Shown here in pieces: positions 56,797 to 64,000 of a stretch of 64,000 bases of DNA. Under the pieces are notes generated by a model that was given only the letters and a program-made list of their open reading frames with translations, did not search any database and was not told where the DNA came from. Location: positions 5,323-69,322 of IMG/VR virus record IMGVR_UViG_3300029309_000014; one strand, given 5' to 3'. Both the position numbers and the translations under genes were made by a program. The stretch's first letter is position 1. The number at the start of each line of letters is the position of its first letter. Source of the stretch: a virus.

Positions 56797-57647
56797 GAAC
56801 GGGCCCTTCTTGGTAGCCCCTGCCTGTTTGCATCATCATTTTCACGGGCCTCACCTAAGTCTTTCAGCCTGACTAAGGACTCTATAAATCTCTCACTGTA
56901 CATCTTCATCACATCCGCTTCACCCTTCATAAAGGTGTAAGCCTCTATAAGACTTCCATACAAAAGAGCATTAGGCGCGTTCTCGCTTAACCAAGTTAAT
57001 GTTGTATCGGCAGAGGTTGATACAACTGTCCCGGTAGCCCCACTTGTGCCCCCTGTAACCGTCTCTCCAACGGTAAAATCTCCCGTAGGCAAAACTATTA
57101 CAAATACAGTAGACGACGTGATAGAGTTAATCGTCGTGCTCTCCCCGCTAGTTCCACCTGTAATGGTCTCATTAGCAGCAAACGTGCCAGTAACACTGCT
57201 TACCGTTAAATTAACCTTACTTTTTGTTAAGCTAACAGGTCTGTAATAATAATGAATTTCTGTTTCAAAAGATGCGTTTGGCGTAGGTGCAAGTATAAAG
57301 TTATTTACGTCATACATGGCGTAATATTTTGGAACACCCGTGGTTGATGAATTAGGGTTATACTCCTGCACAAAATTAACATCTTTTTGTAACAAAAATT
57401 CTTTAGAACTAGAGTTCACTATGGATAAACTAAAAGAAGCTAAATAATCATCTGGTGTGGCCATAAATTGATTACCAGAAGTCATTGTTCCAGATGCGTT
57501 TTTTCTAAAAAACTCTAAATCTACACTTTTAAATATACGTTCTTCAGCGGATCGAATAAACGTGTCTAAATGAGACACAAAAACTGTTTCTTGATTGTCT
57601 GTGTAATTTTTTACAGCCGTTTTTAGCTCTGTGTATGTATAACTCAT
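56793..57647 (-). CDS. Head-tail adaptor/tail tubular A-like protein with inserted duplicated beta module
   Basis: FIRSAEERI..GVPKYYA..LAPTP..LLYGSLIEAY; insert of two TG.F..(N/G)ET(I/V)TGGTSG units. Confidence 0.65.
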   Translation of the reverse strand: MSYTYTELKTAVKNYTDNQETVFVSHLDTFIRSAEERIFKSVDLEFFRKNASGTMTSGNQFMATPDDYLASFSLSIVNSSSKEFLLQKDVNFVQEYNPNSSTTGVPKYYAMYDVNNFILAPTPNASFETEIHYYYRPVSLTKSKVNLTVSSVTGTFAANETITGGTSGESTTINSITSSTVFVIVLPTGDFTVGETVTGGTSGATGTVVSTSADTTLTWLSENAPNALLYGSLIEAYTFMKGEADVMKMYSERFIESLVRLKDLGEARENDDANRQGLPRRARS

Positions 57648-58429
57648 GGTGTGTTCGCCTGCCAACCCATACCACTGTGATTAGTACAATAGTAATACAG
57701 AGTAGGAGCTCCGGAAGCTACTGTTATTTGTGTATAGGCTCCAGAGTATCCGGGTGTACCGCTTGTGGTTACGCCAGTTGTGTATTGAGATCCACCACCA
57801 TGTGTCCCATTTGCGGTGGTGCTGAATCTTAAAGGGTGTCCTGAATTAGAGGAGTCACTTTGATCAAACCTATAGGTGCTGCCCTCTGACAAACTTAACA
57901 ATACATCTGACGTAGCGGTAGACCCGTTGATTGCAAATTTATTAGAAGAACCCACATTGTAATAGGGGTGATTTGCGGGATTACCGCTCACTACAGTAAC
58001 CGTATATGTGGCAGCGATTGTAACGCCTGTTACGGAAACAGTAACAGTACCTATAGAACCCGTGGCCGCTTGAGCCCCCGAAACAAGATGGCTAGTAGGT
58101 GTATGCACATCTCCACCGAAAGTAACGGTCCCTATTTCTCCAAGAATTGAAGGAAGTTTAGGTTCATAACTAAGGGTGTTCTGGTTAAAAATTGGAAAAG
58201 TAATCGTCACACTTTCAGTAGAAATCTCAGGTCTATCTGGACGAGGATCACGTAAAGTCTGAGGATCAAACACCTTTCGGAAAGGACCTAACTGTGGATG
58301 CTTTCTTTCAAACTCGTCTTTTCCAACAAGCAAACCATTCCACTCTTTACGCATGTCCTTATATCTGTAGCGAAGTCCAGAACGATCTGAAATAGCATAA
58401 GCGTATTTCCCGGTTGCATACCTAGCCAT
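57644..58429 (-). CDS. Virion protein with C-terminal cupredoxin-like module
   Basis: AISDRSG..KEWNG..KHPQL N-terminus; YRFDQSD..GHPLRFS..LYYYCTNHSGMG. Confidence 0.6.
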   Translation of the reverse strand: MARYATGKYAYAISDRSGLRYRYKDMRKEWNGLLVGKDEFERKHPQLGPFRKVFDPQTLRDPRPDRPEISTESVTITFPIFNQNTLSYEPKLPSILGEIGTVTFGGDVHTPTSHLVSGAQAATGSIGTVTVSVTGVTIAATYTVTVVSGNPANHPYYNVGSSNKFAINGSTATSDVLLSLSEGSTYRFDQSDSSNSGHPLRFSTTANGTHGGGSQYTTGVTTSGTPGYSGAYTQITVASGAPTLYYYCTNHSGMGWQANTP

Positions 58430-59097
58430 TAGTTTGTCCTAAAATAGGAGTATTCAGGAGTGACGGTGAAACTAGACCGGTCACGATCCTCCCCCATAGC
58501 TCTTTCAAACTCTTCTTCATAAATAACTTTTAACATTTGAGTTCTATTAGGAGCTCTTTTTAAAGATATGTAGTAAGCCAGTCCCGCCGCTAAACAGGGG
58601 TAGAAACGAAACGGCACATCCATTGTGTTGACCGCAGCATCCCCATCATCAATACGAGTTAAAGCGTTATATACAATAACATCTGTGCTATTATCCGGAG
58701 TGGGCCACACACGAAGACTAGGAGTTACTTGTCTGTCTAAGAAGAACTGGGTAGGACGCCCTTCAGTAGCTTTGTTTGGAATATTTAAGTCATCGTCCCG
58801 ACTAACACGAGTTAGAGCAAAGTCTGTGCTGCTACGAGTTACCACCGCACTTAGTATATCAATAACATCTTCGGATAGAGCGTAAGTTCTAGTGCCAGAA
58901 GTAAGAGCTTGCGTTCTTTGTGCAATGGTCCATTGATTTAATCCTCTGTTAGCCCATTCTGCCAACATAAGATTTAAAGAACGCCTTGCTGTGGTTAGAT
59001 CGTAACCAGTTCGCACTTCTAATCCGCAACGCTCAAACGCTTCTTCAACGTACTCAGCTACGTCTAGTTCAAAGTTTACGCTTCCTGATACCGCCAT
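58429..59097 (-). CDS. Head-tail connector/adaptor-like protein (copy 2)
   Basis: EEAFERCG..WANRGLNQW..GRPTQF..VWPTPD..RFYPCLAAGLAYY. Confidence 0.7.
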   Translation of the reverse strand: MAVSGSVNFELDVAEYVEEAFERCGLEVRTGYDLTTARRSLNLMLAEWANRGLNQWTIAQRTQALTSGTRTYALSEDVIDILSAVVTRSSTDFALTRVSRDDDLNIPNKATEGRPTQFFLDRQVTPSLRVWPTPDNSTDVIVYNALTRIDDGDAAVNTMDVPFRFYPCLAAGLAYYISLKRAPNRTQMLKVIYEEEFERAMGEDRDRSSFTVTPEYSYFRTN

Positions 59098-59774
59098 TAT
59101 TTATCCTTCGCATACAAATTATCGAAGATCTGATTTACATCCATTGTATAGTCTAAATCAGACTTTGAATAGTGTATATGCTGTGAAGGTAAGAAATCTG
59201 GTGCACCTTGCCCCGTTTCAAACCAAGCTGGGTGTGTAACACGAACACGATTATTAGGTAAGGCCACTATATTTCCAGTCCACTCACCGGCGTCTAACAA
59301 CTCTAAAACATGGCTTTGTTTATGCTGTGCAGGGTCATCGGCTATCTCACTTTCAGTATAATCTACAGTGAAATAATATTTAGCCGGAAAAAAATCAGGC
59401 CCTATTTTAGCTAACCACGGACAAGGATGAGCTCTATCTAAACGATAAACAGCGTGTGTATGGGACATACAGTCCCAAGGTTGCGCCAAATGGACAGGCA
59501 TAGGTTCTGGCCATTCTTCATAAGGCGTGTCACCAACAAGGGCTGTTATGGGCATTCGGGCCCACATGGCTCCACCGTGAACATTAGGTTCGTCCGTGTC
59601 ATCAGCCTCACAGCCGGTGAATATCATCTGAAAACTTAAACACCGGCTGGGCATGGTGGTAACTGCAATTGCCATAGCGTGAAGAAACTCGCCATGATAA
59701 TTAGAGTGATTACACGTATACTCTCTTCGCACCCAACACTTGAAATGCGGAATATTACTTTGAAGATAGGGCAA
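59097..59774 (-). CDS. Conserved phage protein (copy 2 of 332..1084)
   Basis: Near-collinear homology; TTG start. Confidence 0.8.
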   Translation of the reverse strand: MPYLQSNIPHFKCWVRREYTCNHSNYHGEFLHAMAIAVTTMPSRCLSFQMIFTGCEADDTDEPNVHGGAMWARMPITALVGDTPYEEWPEPMPVHLAQPWDCMSHTHAVYRLDRAHPCPWLAKIGPDFFPAKYYFTVDYTESEIADDPAQHKQSHVLELLDAGEWTGNIVALPNNRVRVTHPAWFETGQGAPDFLPSQHIHYSKSDLDYTMDVNQIFDNLYAKDK

Positions 59775-59778
59775 GATC

Positions 59779-60075
59779 TTATACCTTGCCGCCTTTAGCC
59801 ATGCCCTTCTTCTTCATCATGCCGCCACCGGCCATCTTCTGGACCTTACCACCTTTAGCATAACCTTTTTTCTTCATCATGCCGCCACCGGCCATCTTCT
59901 GGACCTTACCGCCTTTGGCATAACCCTTCTTCTTCATGCCAACCTTACCGCCTCTGGCCATGCCTTTAGCTTTTACTTTACCGCCTTTAGCCATGCCTTT
60001 TTTCTTCATGGTAGGGGCTACGTTGCCAACAAGGCTAGACGCATACTCATCCATTGTCATAAATTCTTTTGCCAT
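59779..60075 (-). CDS. MAKGG/YAKGG-repeat basic protein (copy 2)
   Basis: Seven xxGG units, including two near-identical 60-bp DNA repeats at ~59807-59938. Confidence 0.75.
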   Translation of the reverse strand: MAKEFMTMDEYASSLVGNVAPTMKKKGMAKGGKVKAKGMARGGKVGMKKKGYAKGGKVQKMAGGGMMKKKGYAKGGKVQKMAGGGMMKKKGMAKGGKV

Positions 60076-60084
60076 TTTACGCTC

Positions 60085-60462
60085 CTATGCTTGACTTACA
60101 GAACCTTTGGTTCTCTTCCTACGGTTAGCCATAACAGCACCACAACCTCGTGCTACCGCGGTTCCCGCAATTCTTTTACCTTTAAACGGTCTTTTGGGCT
60201 TTGTCACGGCCCCACCATTTTTTAAACCTGTTACCTTCGCAGCTTTCGTATTAGCGACTGTAGTTTTTCCTTTAGAGCCTGCCCGCTTCTTTTTACGAGC
60301 CGTCGTAGCGCGTTCACTTTTCGACAAACTATTAGCTTTAGATCTAGGAAGACAACGATCAGGGTTACTCTTATCTTTTGAAGTACCACATTTACCTTTG
60401 ATAGAGCCATCTGATCCAATCCTAACCCAGTCCTGTTTCACCCATTCTTTAAGCTGACCCAT
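60085..60462 (-). CDS. Small basic protein (LKEWVKQDWVRIG..KCG..RCLP)
   Basis: 125 aa, K/R-rich. Confidence 0.7.
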   Translation of the reverse strand: MGQLKEWVKQDWVRIGSDGSIKGKCGTSKDKSNPDRCLPRSKANSLSKSERATTARKKKRAGSKGKTTVANTKAAKVTGLKNGGAVTKPKRPFKGKRIAGTAVARGCGAVMANRRKRTKGSVSQA

Positions 60463-60463
60463 T

Positions 60464-60592
60464 TTAGGCTCTTTTCTTCTTACCTAACACACGTTTTAAA
60501 GTTCTTGCCTGACCTGCGTGTAATTTAGAGGCTTTGTTTAAACCTTTAACGACTTTACGAACTTTTTTCCTATTTGATTTTGTTAAGCTCAT
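60464..60592 (-). CDS. Small basic protein (RKVVKGLNKASKLH), missing from the ORF track
   Basis: Manual translation, 42 aa; homolog of 1593..1754. Confidence 0.7.
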   Translation of the reverse strand: MSLTKSNRKKVRKVVKGLNKASKLHAGQARTLKRVLGKKKRA

Positions 60593-60840
60593 TTTCCTTT
60601 CCTCTTTCCGCCTTTTGACTTTTTGGCGTAGTTAGGGTCTTTACAATACTTTGATGCGGCCAAGTTTGCATACGCTGACGGGTATGTGTCAAATGTGCGT
60701 TTAGCCCATGCCTTGCCTTCGGGACAGATCTTACCACCACTTTTTACCTTCCCCCCTTTTTTCATGCGTACAACACTACTTTTACGAGTTGGACAGGAGC
60801 CTGCTCCTAAATTAACCGCGCTAGTCATGTTAGACCTCAC
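60589..60840 (-). CDS. Small basic protein (KICPEGKAWAKRTFDTYPSAYAN)
   Basis: ~80 aa; MKKGGKV motif. Confidence 0.65.
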   Translation of the reverse strand: MRSNMTSAVNLGAGSCPTRKSSVVRMKKGGKVKSGGKICPEGKAWAKRTFDTYPSAYANLAASKYCKDPNYAKKSKGGKRKGK

Positions 60841-61083
60841 TTATTTCTTATAAACGGCATTGTTCTCAAAGCTGCGCCCTGTAAATTCTTCCCACATAGG
60901 CTTCAGCATGACATGTAACTCATCTATTTTTCTACTGTTTTGATCTGTTTGTACAGACATTACAGCTATATTCTTGTCCACGTCTATCAAAGTAGAAGAT
61001 ATCCAAGTAACGCCAGTTACGCACACACCCACTAAAGCAACAAAAAGAGTGCCTACCACAAACTGTTGATTTAACATTTCCAT
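60841..61083 (-). CDS. Small membrane-anchored protein
   Basis: N-terminal TM plus short coiled coil. Confidence 0.55.
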   Translation of the reverse strand: MEMLNQQFVVGTLFVALVGVCVTGVTWISSTLIDVDKNIAVMSVQTDQNSRKIDELHVMLKPMWEEFTGRSFENNAVYKK

Positions 61084-61358
61084 CTCCTACGAGCAGCGCA
61101 AATACGCTTTTTCGGTGTTTTTGAACAATTTATGTTATGCATCTTCATCTGGCCTTTAGAACGACTACAGTATGATTTACGACGTTTTGCGTCTTTACTG
61201 CCCGGTTTAACTTTGCCCGTCACAGCCGTCTTTAATTTAGAGCCGGGATTAGCTTTTCTATAAGCTGCAACACCGGCTTTTGTCATTCCCGCCCCAGATT
61301 TTGTGGGACGGAAATTTTTCTTGTTACGTTTTGGCATCGTAGCTTTACGAGTTGCCAT
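61071..61358 (-). CDS. Small basic protein (GAGMTKAGVAAYRKANPGSKLK..RRKSYC..RRRWKC)
   Basis: 95 aa, K/R-rich. Confidence 0.7.
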   Translation of the reverse strand: MATRKATMPKRNKKNFRPTKSGAGMTKAGVAAYRKANPGSKLKTAVTGKVKPGSKDAKRRKSYCSRSKGQMKMHNINCSKTPKKRICAARRRWKC

Positions 61359-61369
61359 CTAGTTACTCC

Positions 61370-61774
61370 CTACGCATACTTCTTACGCATGTATAACATA
61401 ATCGTATAAGTGTCCGCAGAGGAGTGACCAACTGTTGTAAATAAAATATCTCCAGTTTTTCCACTGCCTGCATTGTTAGTTAAACCGCCGAAAGAGTTGT
61501 AATCGTGATGACCACTTTGGTTTTCACCCAACTCAATACAGAAAGCATTAGAGGTGGCGTCAAACAGGATTATTACTTTCATCCCGTTACACTGCCACCA
61601 AATACGTTCTATAACGACTTCACTACACGCAACACCGTCTAAACTACTGGCCAAAGCTGATACATCTACCTTCTTTACGGCAGACTCTCCGCTCCCGTCA
61701 GAGACGTTAGTAAACTTCATAACGGCATGTTTAGGACCATCAATCAGCGTTTGTGAGGTTACTGCATCCGCCAT
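61370..61774 (-). CDS. Conserved virion-associated protein (copy 2 of 2448..2852)
   Basis: 134 aa, collinear homolog. Confidence 0.75.
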   Translation of the reverse strand: MADAVTSQTLIDGPKHAVMKFTNVSDGSGESAVKKVDVSALASSLDGVACSEVVIERIWWQCNGMKVIILFDATSNAFCIELGENQSGHHDYNSFGGLTNNAGSGKTGDILFTTVGHSSADTYTIMLYMRKKYA

Positions 61775-61800
61775 GTAAATCTCCTTTTATGAACAACTTA

Positions 61801-62349
61801 CTAGGCCACCTGAACGTATTCAATGATGAACGTGAAAGACCCGGCTGTCGTAGCATCTACAGTGTTTGTAATGTTACAGAAAATTGTTCTTTCAGCCGAA
61901 GTGTATTGAGGAGAAACTGGCGCAGTAGTTGCATTTTGTGTTGTCGCAACTAATGTGGTAGTTGTCACGTTACCAACAACAACAGTTGTTCCACCATCAA
62001 GGATCTCATCCGTTATAGCTGCAACAATCTGTGCTCCAGAACTAGAAGTGCCGACCTCATATCCAATATCACCTGTTCCAATAACTGGGGCGGTAACACA
62101 AAAGATTTTAATGTCAGTAATGATCGTGTTGGCGGGCTGTGTAAACTCACCGATAGCAGGACTATCCCCTGCTGTTGTGTTTACTGTTACACCTGTTGCA
62201 AAACCAACGTGTTTTACGAATTTGTTTGTGATAATGCCCGTAGAGGCGATAGAAGAGGTTTCTGTTACCGCACCTGTAGATGCGTTTTTATTTATAACCT
62301 TGAAACCATTTTCGGAGCGTACTGCTCCGCTAAAAGTAGTGGTAGCCAT
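61801..62349 (-). CDS. Putative capsid decoration protein (copy 2)
   Basis: MATTTFSGAVRS N-terminus; divergent body. Confidence 0.6.
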   Translation of the reverse strand: MATTTFSGAVRSENGFKVINKNASTGAVTETSSIASTGIITNKFVKHVGFATGVTVNTTAGDSPAIGEFTQPANTIITDIKIFCVTAPVIGTGDIGYEVGTSSSGAQIVAAITDEILDGGTTVVVGNVTTTTLVATTQNATTAPVSPQYTSAERTIFCNITNTVDATTAGSFTFIIEYVQVA

Positions 62350-62354
62350 TTGAG

Positions 62355-62399
62355 TCTCCTGTCTTGGCTAATGTCAGCCGCCCAATGCGACTGTCAGGA
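62355..62399 (-). promoter_or_regulatory. Conserved structured 5' leader (copy 2)
   Basis: TCCTG-A-CAGTCGC-ATTGG-GCGGCTG-ACATTAGCCAAGA-CAGGAG. Confidence 0.6.
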
Positions 62400-62408
62400 A
62401 GTGAAAAA

Positions 62409-62447
62409 ACTATACAATAAAAAAGAGCGGCTGTGAAGCCGCTCTTT
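62409..62447 (-). terminator. Intrinsic terminator after MCP with overlapping sigma70-like promoter
   Basis: GAGCGGCT-TCAC-AGCCGCTC followed by a T-run; TTCACA-N17-TATAGT. Confidence 0.75.
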
Positions 62448-62475
62448 AAAAACCTCTCTACGGGAAAAGAGGTTG

Positions 62476-63387
62476 TTAGGCTGCGCCCGGTGTTCCAAAC
62501 ACACAACGCCAATCAGAAACGCCGAAGCTGTAACGCTCACGGGCCTTGAACCGCATGTTTCCGGTGTCAAAGTCACCTTCCATAGCAGTCTTGATTGGAG
62601 AACGGTTAAAATGTTTGAAACCGTTAGGTGCATCGGTCTTGATGAAAAACGCATCTGTATCTGTCAAGAAATGGTTAACTACCGCCCCTTCAGGAAGCAT
62701 GCCCATGTTCTTGATAGCATTTGCGTCGTTATCAGCCGTTGCTGAACGCAAGTTTGAGTTAATCACACGCTCTGCGATAAACTGCAATTCTTTTGGAATG
62801 ATCAGTTTCATTCCACGAACTGCGATTTTCAGACCACGCTCATCAGTGAAACCTGCAATATCAATCAACATCTGCTCAAGCGAAGTTTCGTTCAAGTCAG
62901 CAGCGGTTGAAAGCAAGTTACGCTGGTTACCTGTGAGTGAGGGGTGTGATGAAGAACAAAGTGCTGCACCATCACCGATTGCAGATGCGCCTGTGCTGAA
63001 CGCATTGTTCAGGATAGCCGCAGCTTTAATCTGCTTGGTCTGGGCCATAGAGCGGGCCAGAGCCTTGGTGTAGCGTGATGCCAGACGGTCATACAGATTA
63101 TCCTCAATGGCTTCCTCAGTAATTGAGAACGCCAAAGCGATTGTCTCGTGTGTGTACCGGGCAGTGAATGTCTCTTGAGCATCGTCAAAAGAGATGGCTG
63201 CGCCTTCTTCTTTAGTCGGTGCTGTTGAGAAACCCCCAAGCATCACTTCTTCTTCAAATGAACGATCTGAAGACTCTTCTGCGAAGATCTCAGCATGCTC
63301 GTTCTCGTAACGGTCGTACTCAAGCCCAAAAAGTGCATTTAGACCGGGTTCTAGCTCTTTAGCTAGTTGTGCTCTTGAAATAGCCAT
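62476..63387 (-). CDS. Major capsid protein (copy 2)
   Basis: 303 aa; about 70 differences from copy 1 by hand alignment. Confidence 0.9.
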   Translation of the reverse strand: MAISRAQLAKELEPGLNALFGLEYDRYENEHAEIFAEESSDRSFEEEVMLGGFSTAPTKEEGAAISFDDAQETFTARYTHETIALAFSITEEAIEDNLYDRLASRYTKALARSMAQTKQIKAAAILNNAFSTGASAIGDGAALCSSSHPSLTGNQRNLLSTAADLNETSLEQMLIDIAGFTDERGLKIAVRGMKLIIPKELQFIAERVINSNLRSATADNDANAIKNMGMLPEGAVVNHFLTDTDAFFIKTDAPNGFKHFNRSPIKTAMEGDFDTGNMRFKARERYSFGVSDWRCVFGTPGAA

Positions 63388-63398
63388 GTGCTAGCCTC

Positions 63399-64000
63399 CT
63401 ATATTCCGGTGTTCGCTGCGGTGCCTACGGCAGCAGCAAAGCCTGAGTTGAACGGTGCATTCAAACGAACGATGTACTGATGACCAACTGCGGAATAATC
63501 CGTGTTGCCTTCTTCTTCGTAGAGTCCAACAATACGAACATCCAAGTTTGCGGTTGTCGCAGCGGTGCTAATATCAAGCATGTCTGAAGACTTGCCTGTA
63601 TTTGTGCTACCGTTGTTAACACTCGCCATGTCACAGTTAGCAAAAACATCTGCCAACGCGGTTGCCCGGTTGGTATTAGTTCCATCTGCCACTACAACAT
63701 ATAACTGCATTGGATCATCATACACATAAGCTTTGACAGGATGATTAGTGTCAACACTTACAGCGTTTGAGCCGGGCCAGTAATTAAGGTGAGTCGACTT
63801 ACCGGTAACGGAATCAACGTACTCAACACCACCTAGAACACCTAAAGGAGCTACTGCCTGATCAGAACAAATAATTGTTCCAGCAGAGCTTGGGACAACA
63901 ATCCCACCGTTATAGATAGCAGTTGTGTAGTTGTTAGCAATTTCATACATCGTCGTAGCGTTGTTATTGATATTGCCGCCCGTTTTACCAATAGGACGAA
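63399..64000 (-). CDS. Minor capsid/cement-like protein (copy 2; 5' end outside the window)
   Basis: Frame stays open to the window edge (..RPIGKTGGNINNNATTMY..), matching FGLRP..; YDDP motif. Confidence 0.6.
   Translation of the reverse strand, partial: RPIGKTGGNINNNATTMYEIANNYTTAIYNGGIVVPSSAGTIICSDQAVAPLGVLGGVEYVDSVTGKSTHLNYWPGSNAVSVDTNHPVKAYVYDDPMQLYVVVADGTNTNRATALADVFANCDMASVNNGSTNTGKSSDMLDISTAATTANLDVRIVGLYEEEGNTDYSAVGHQYIVRLNAPFNSGFAAAVGTAANTGI

Noticed and set aside
62546-63073. 175-aa plus-strand ORF and the many other short plus-strand ORFs
   Set aside because: Antisense to well-supported genes; not intact in the other MCP copy.
1-64000. Integrase/prophage boundaries, DGR, introns or inteins, stop-codon reassignment
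   Set aside because: No integrase, reverse transcriptase or host genes seen; Pol, TerL and helicases are uninterrupted; the standard code gives dense coding.

Overview
The window holds about 1.08 genome-equivalents of a tailed, podovirus-like dsDNA phage, probably marine. From memory, the capsid protein and gene order resemble HTVC023P / vSAG 37-F6-type phages; this was not searched. Almost all genes are on the minus strand. Left to right: small basic proteins and capsid module (1-7 kb), lysis/membrane genes, portal and TerL (7-14.5 kb), an unusual TerL-TerS interval (14.5-17.3 kb), small early-type genes with repeated promoters (17.5-22.9 kb), family A DNA polymerase plus a thymidine (hmU) hypermodification cluster (22.9-30 kb), replication genes (30.7-38.6 kb), lysozyme, internal/ejection proteins and tail genes (39-59 kb), and a second, clearly diverged copy of the basic-protein/capsid module (58.4-64 kb). 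The most striking signal is a ~990-bp tract (14607-15596) between TerL and TerS in which I found no GA or TC dinucleotide. It encodes two proteins with no Asp/Glu, uses GA-free ribosome-binding, promoter and terminator variants, is followed on its TerS side by TC/GATC-dense tracts, and contains a GA-free recoded paralog of an ordinary gene at 17593-18051. With the hmU-modification cluster, this suggests a context-specific DNA-modification or anti-defence patterning system. All counts are by eye and family assignments are from motif recognition; no database searches were run.
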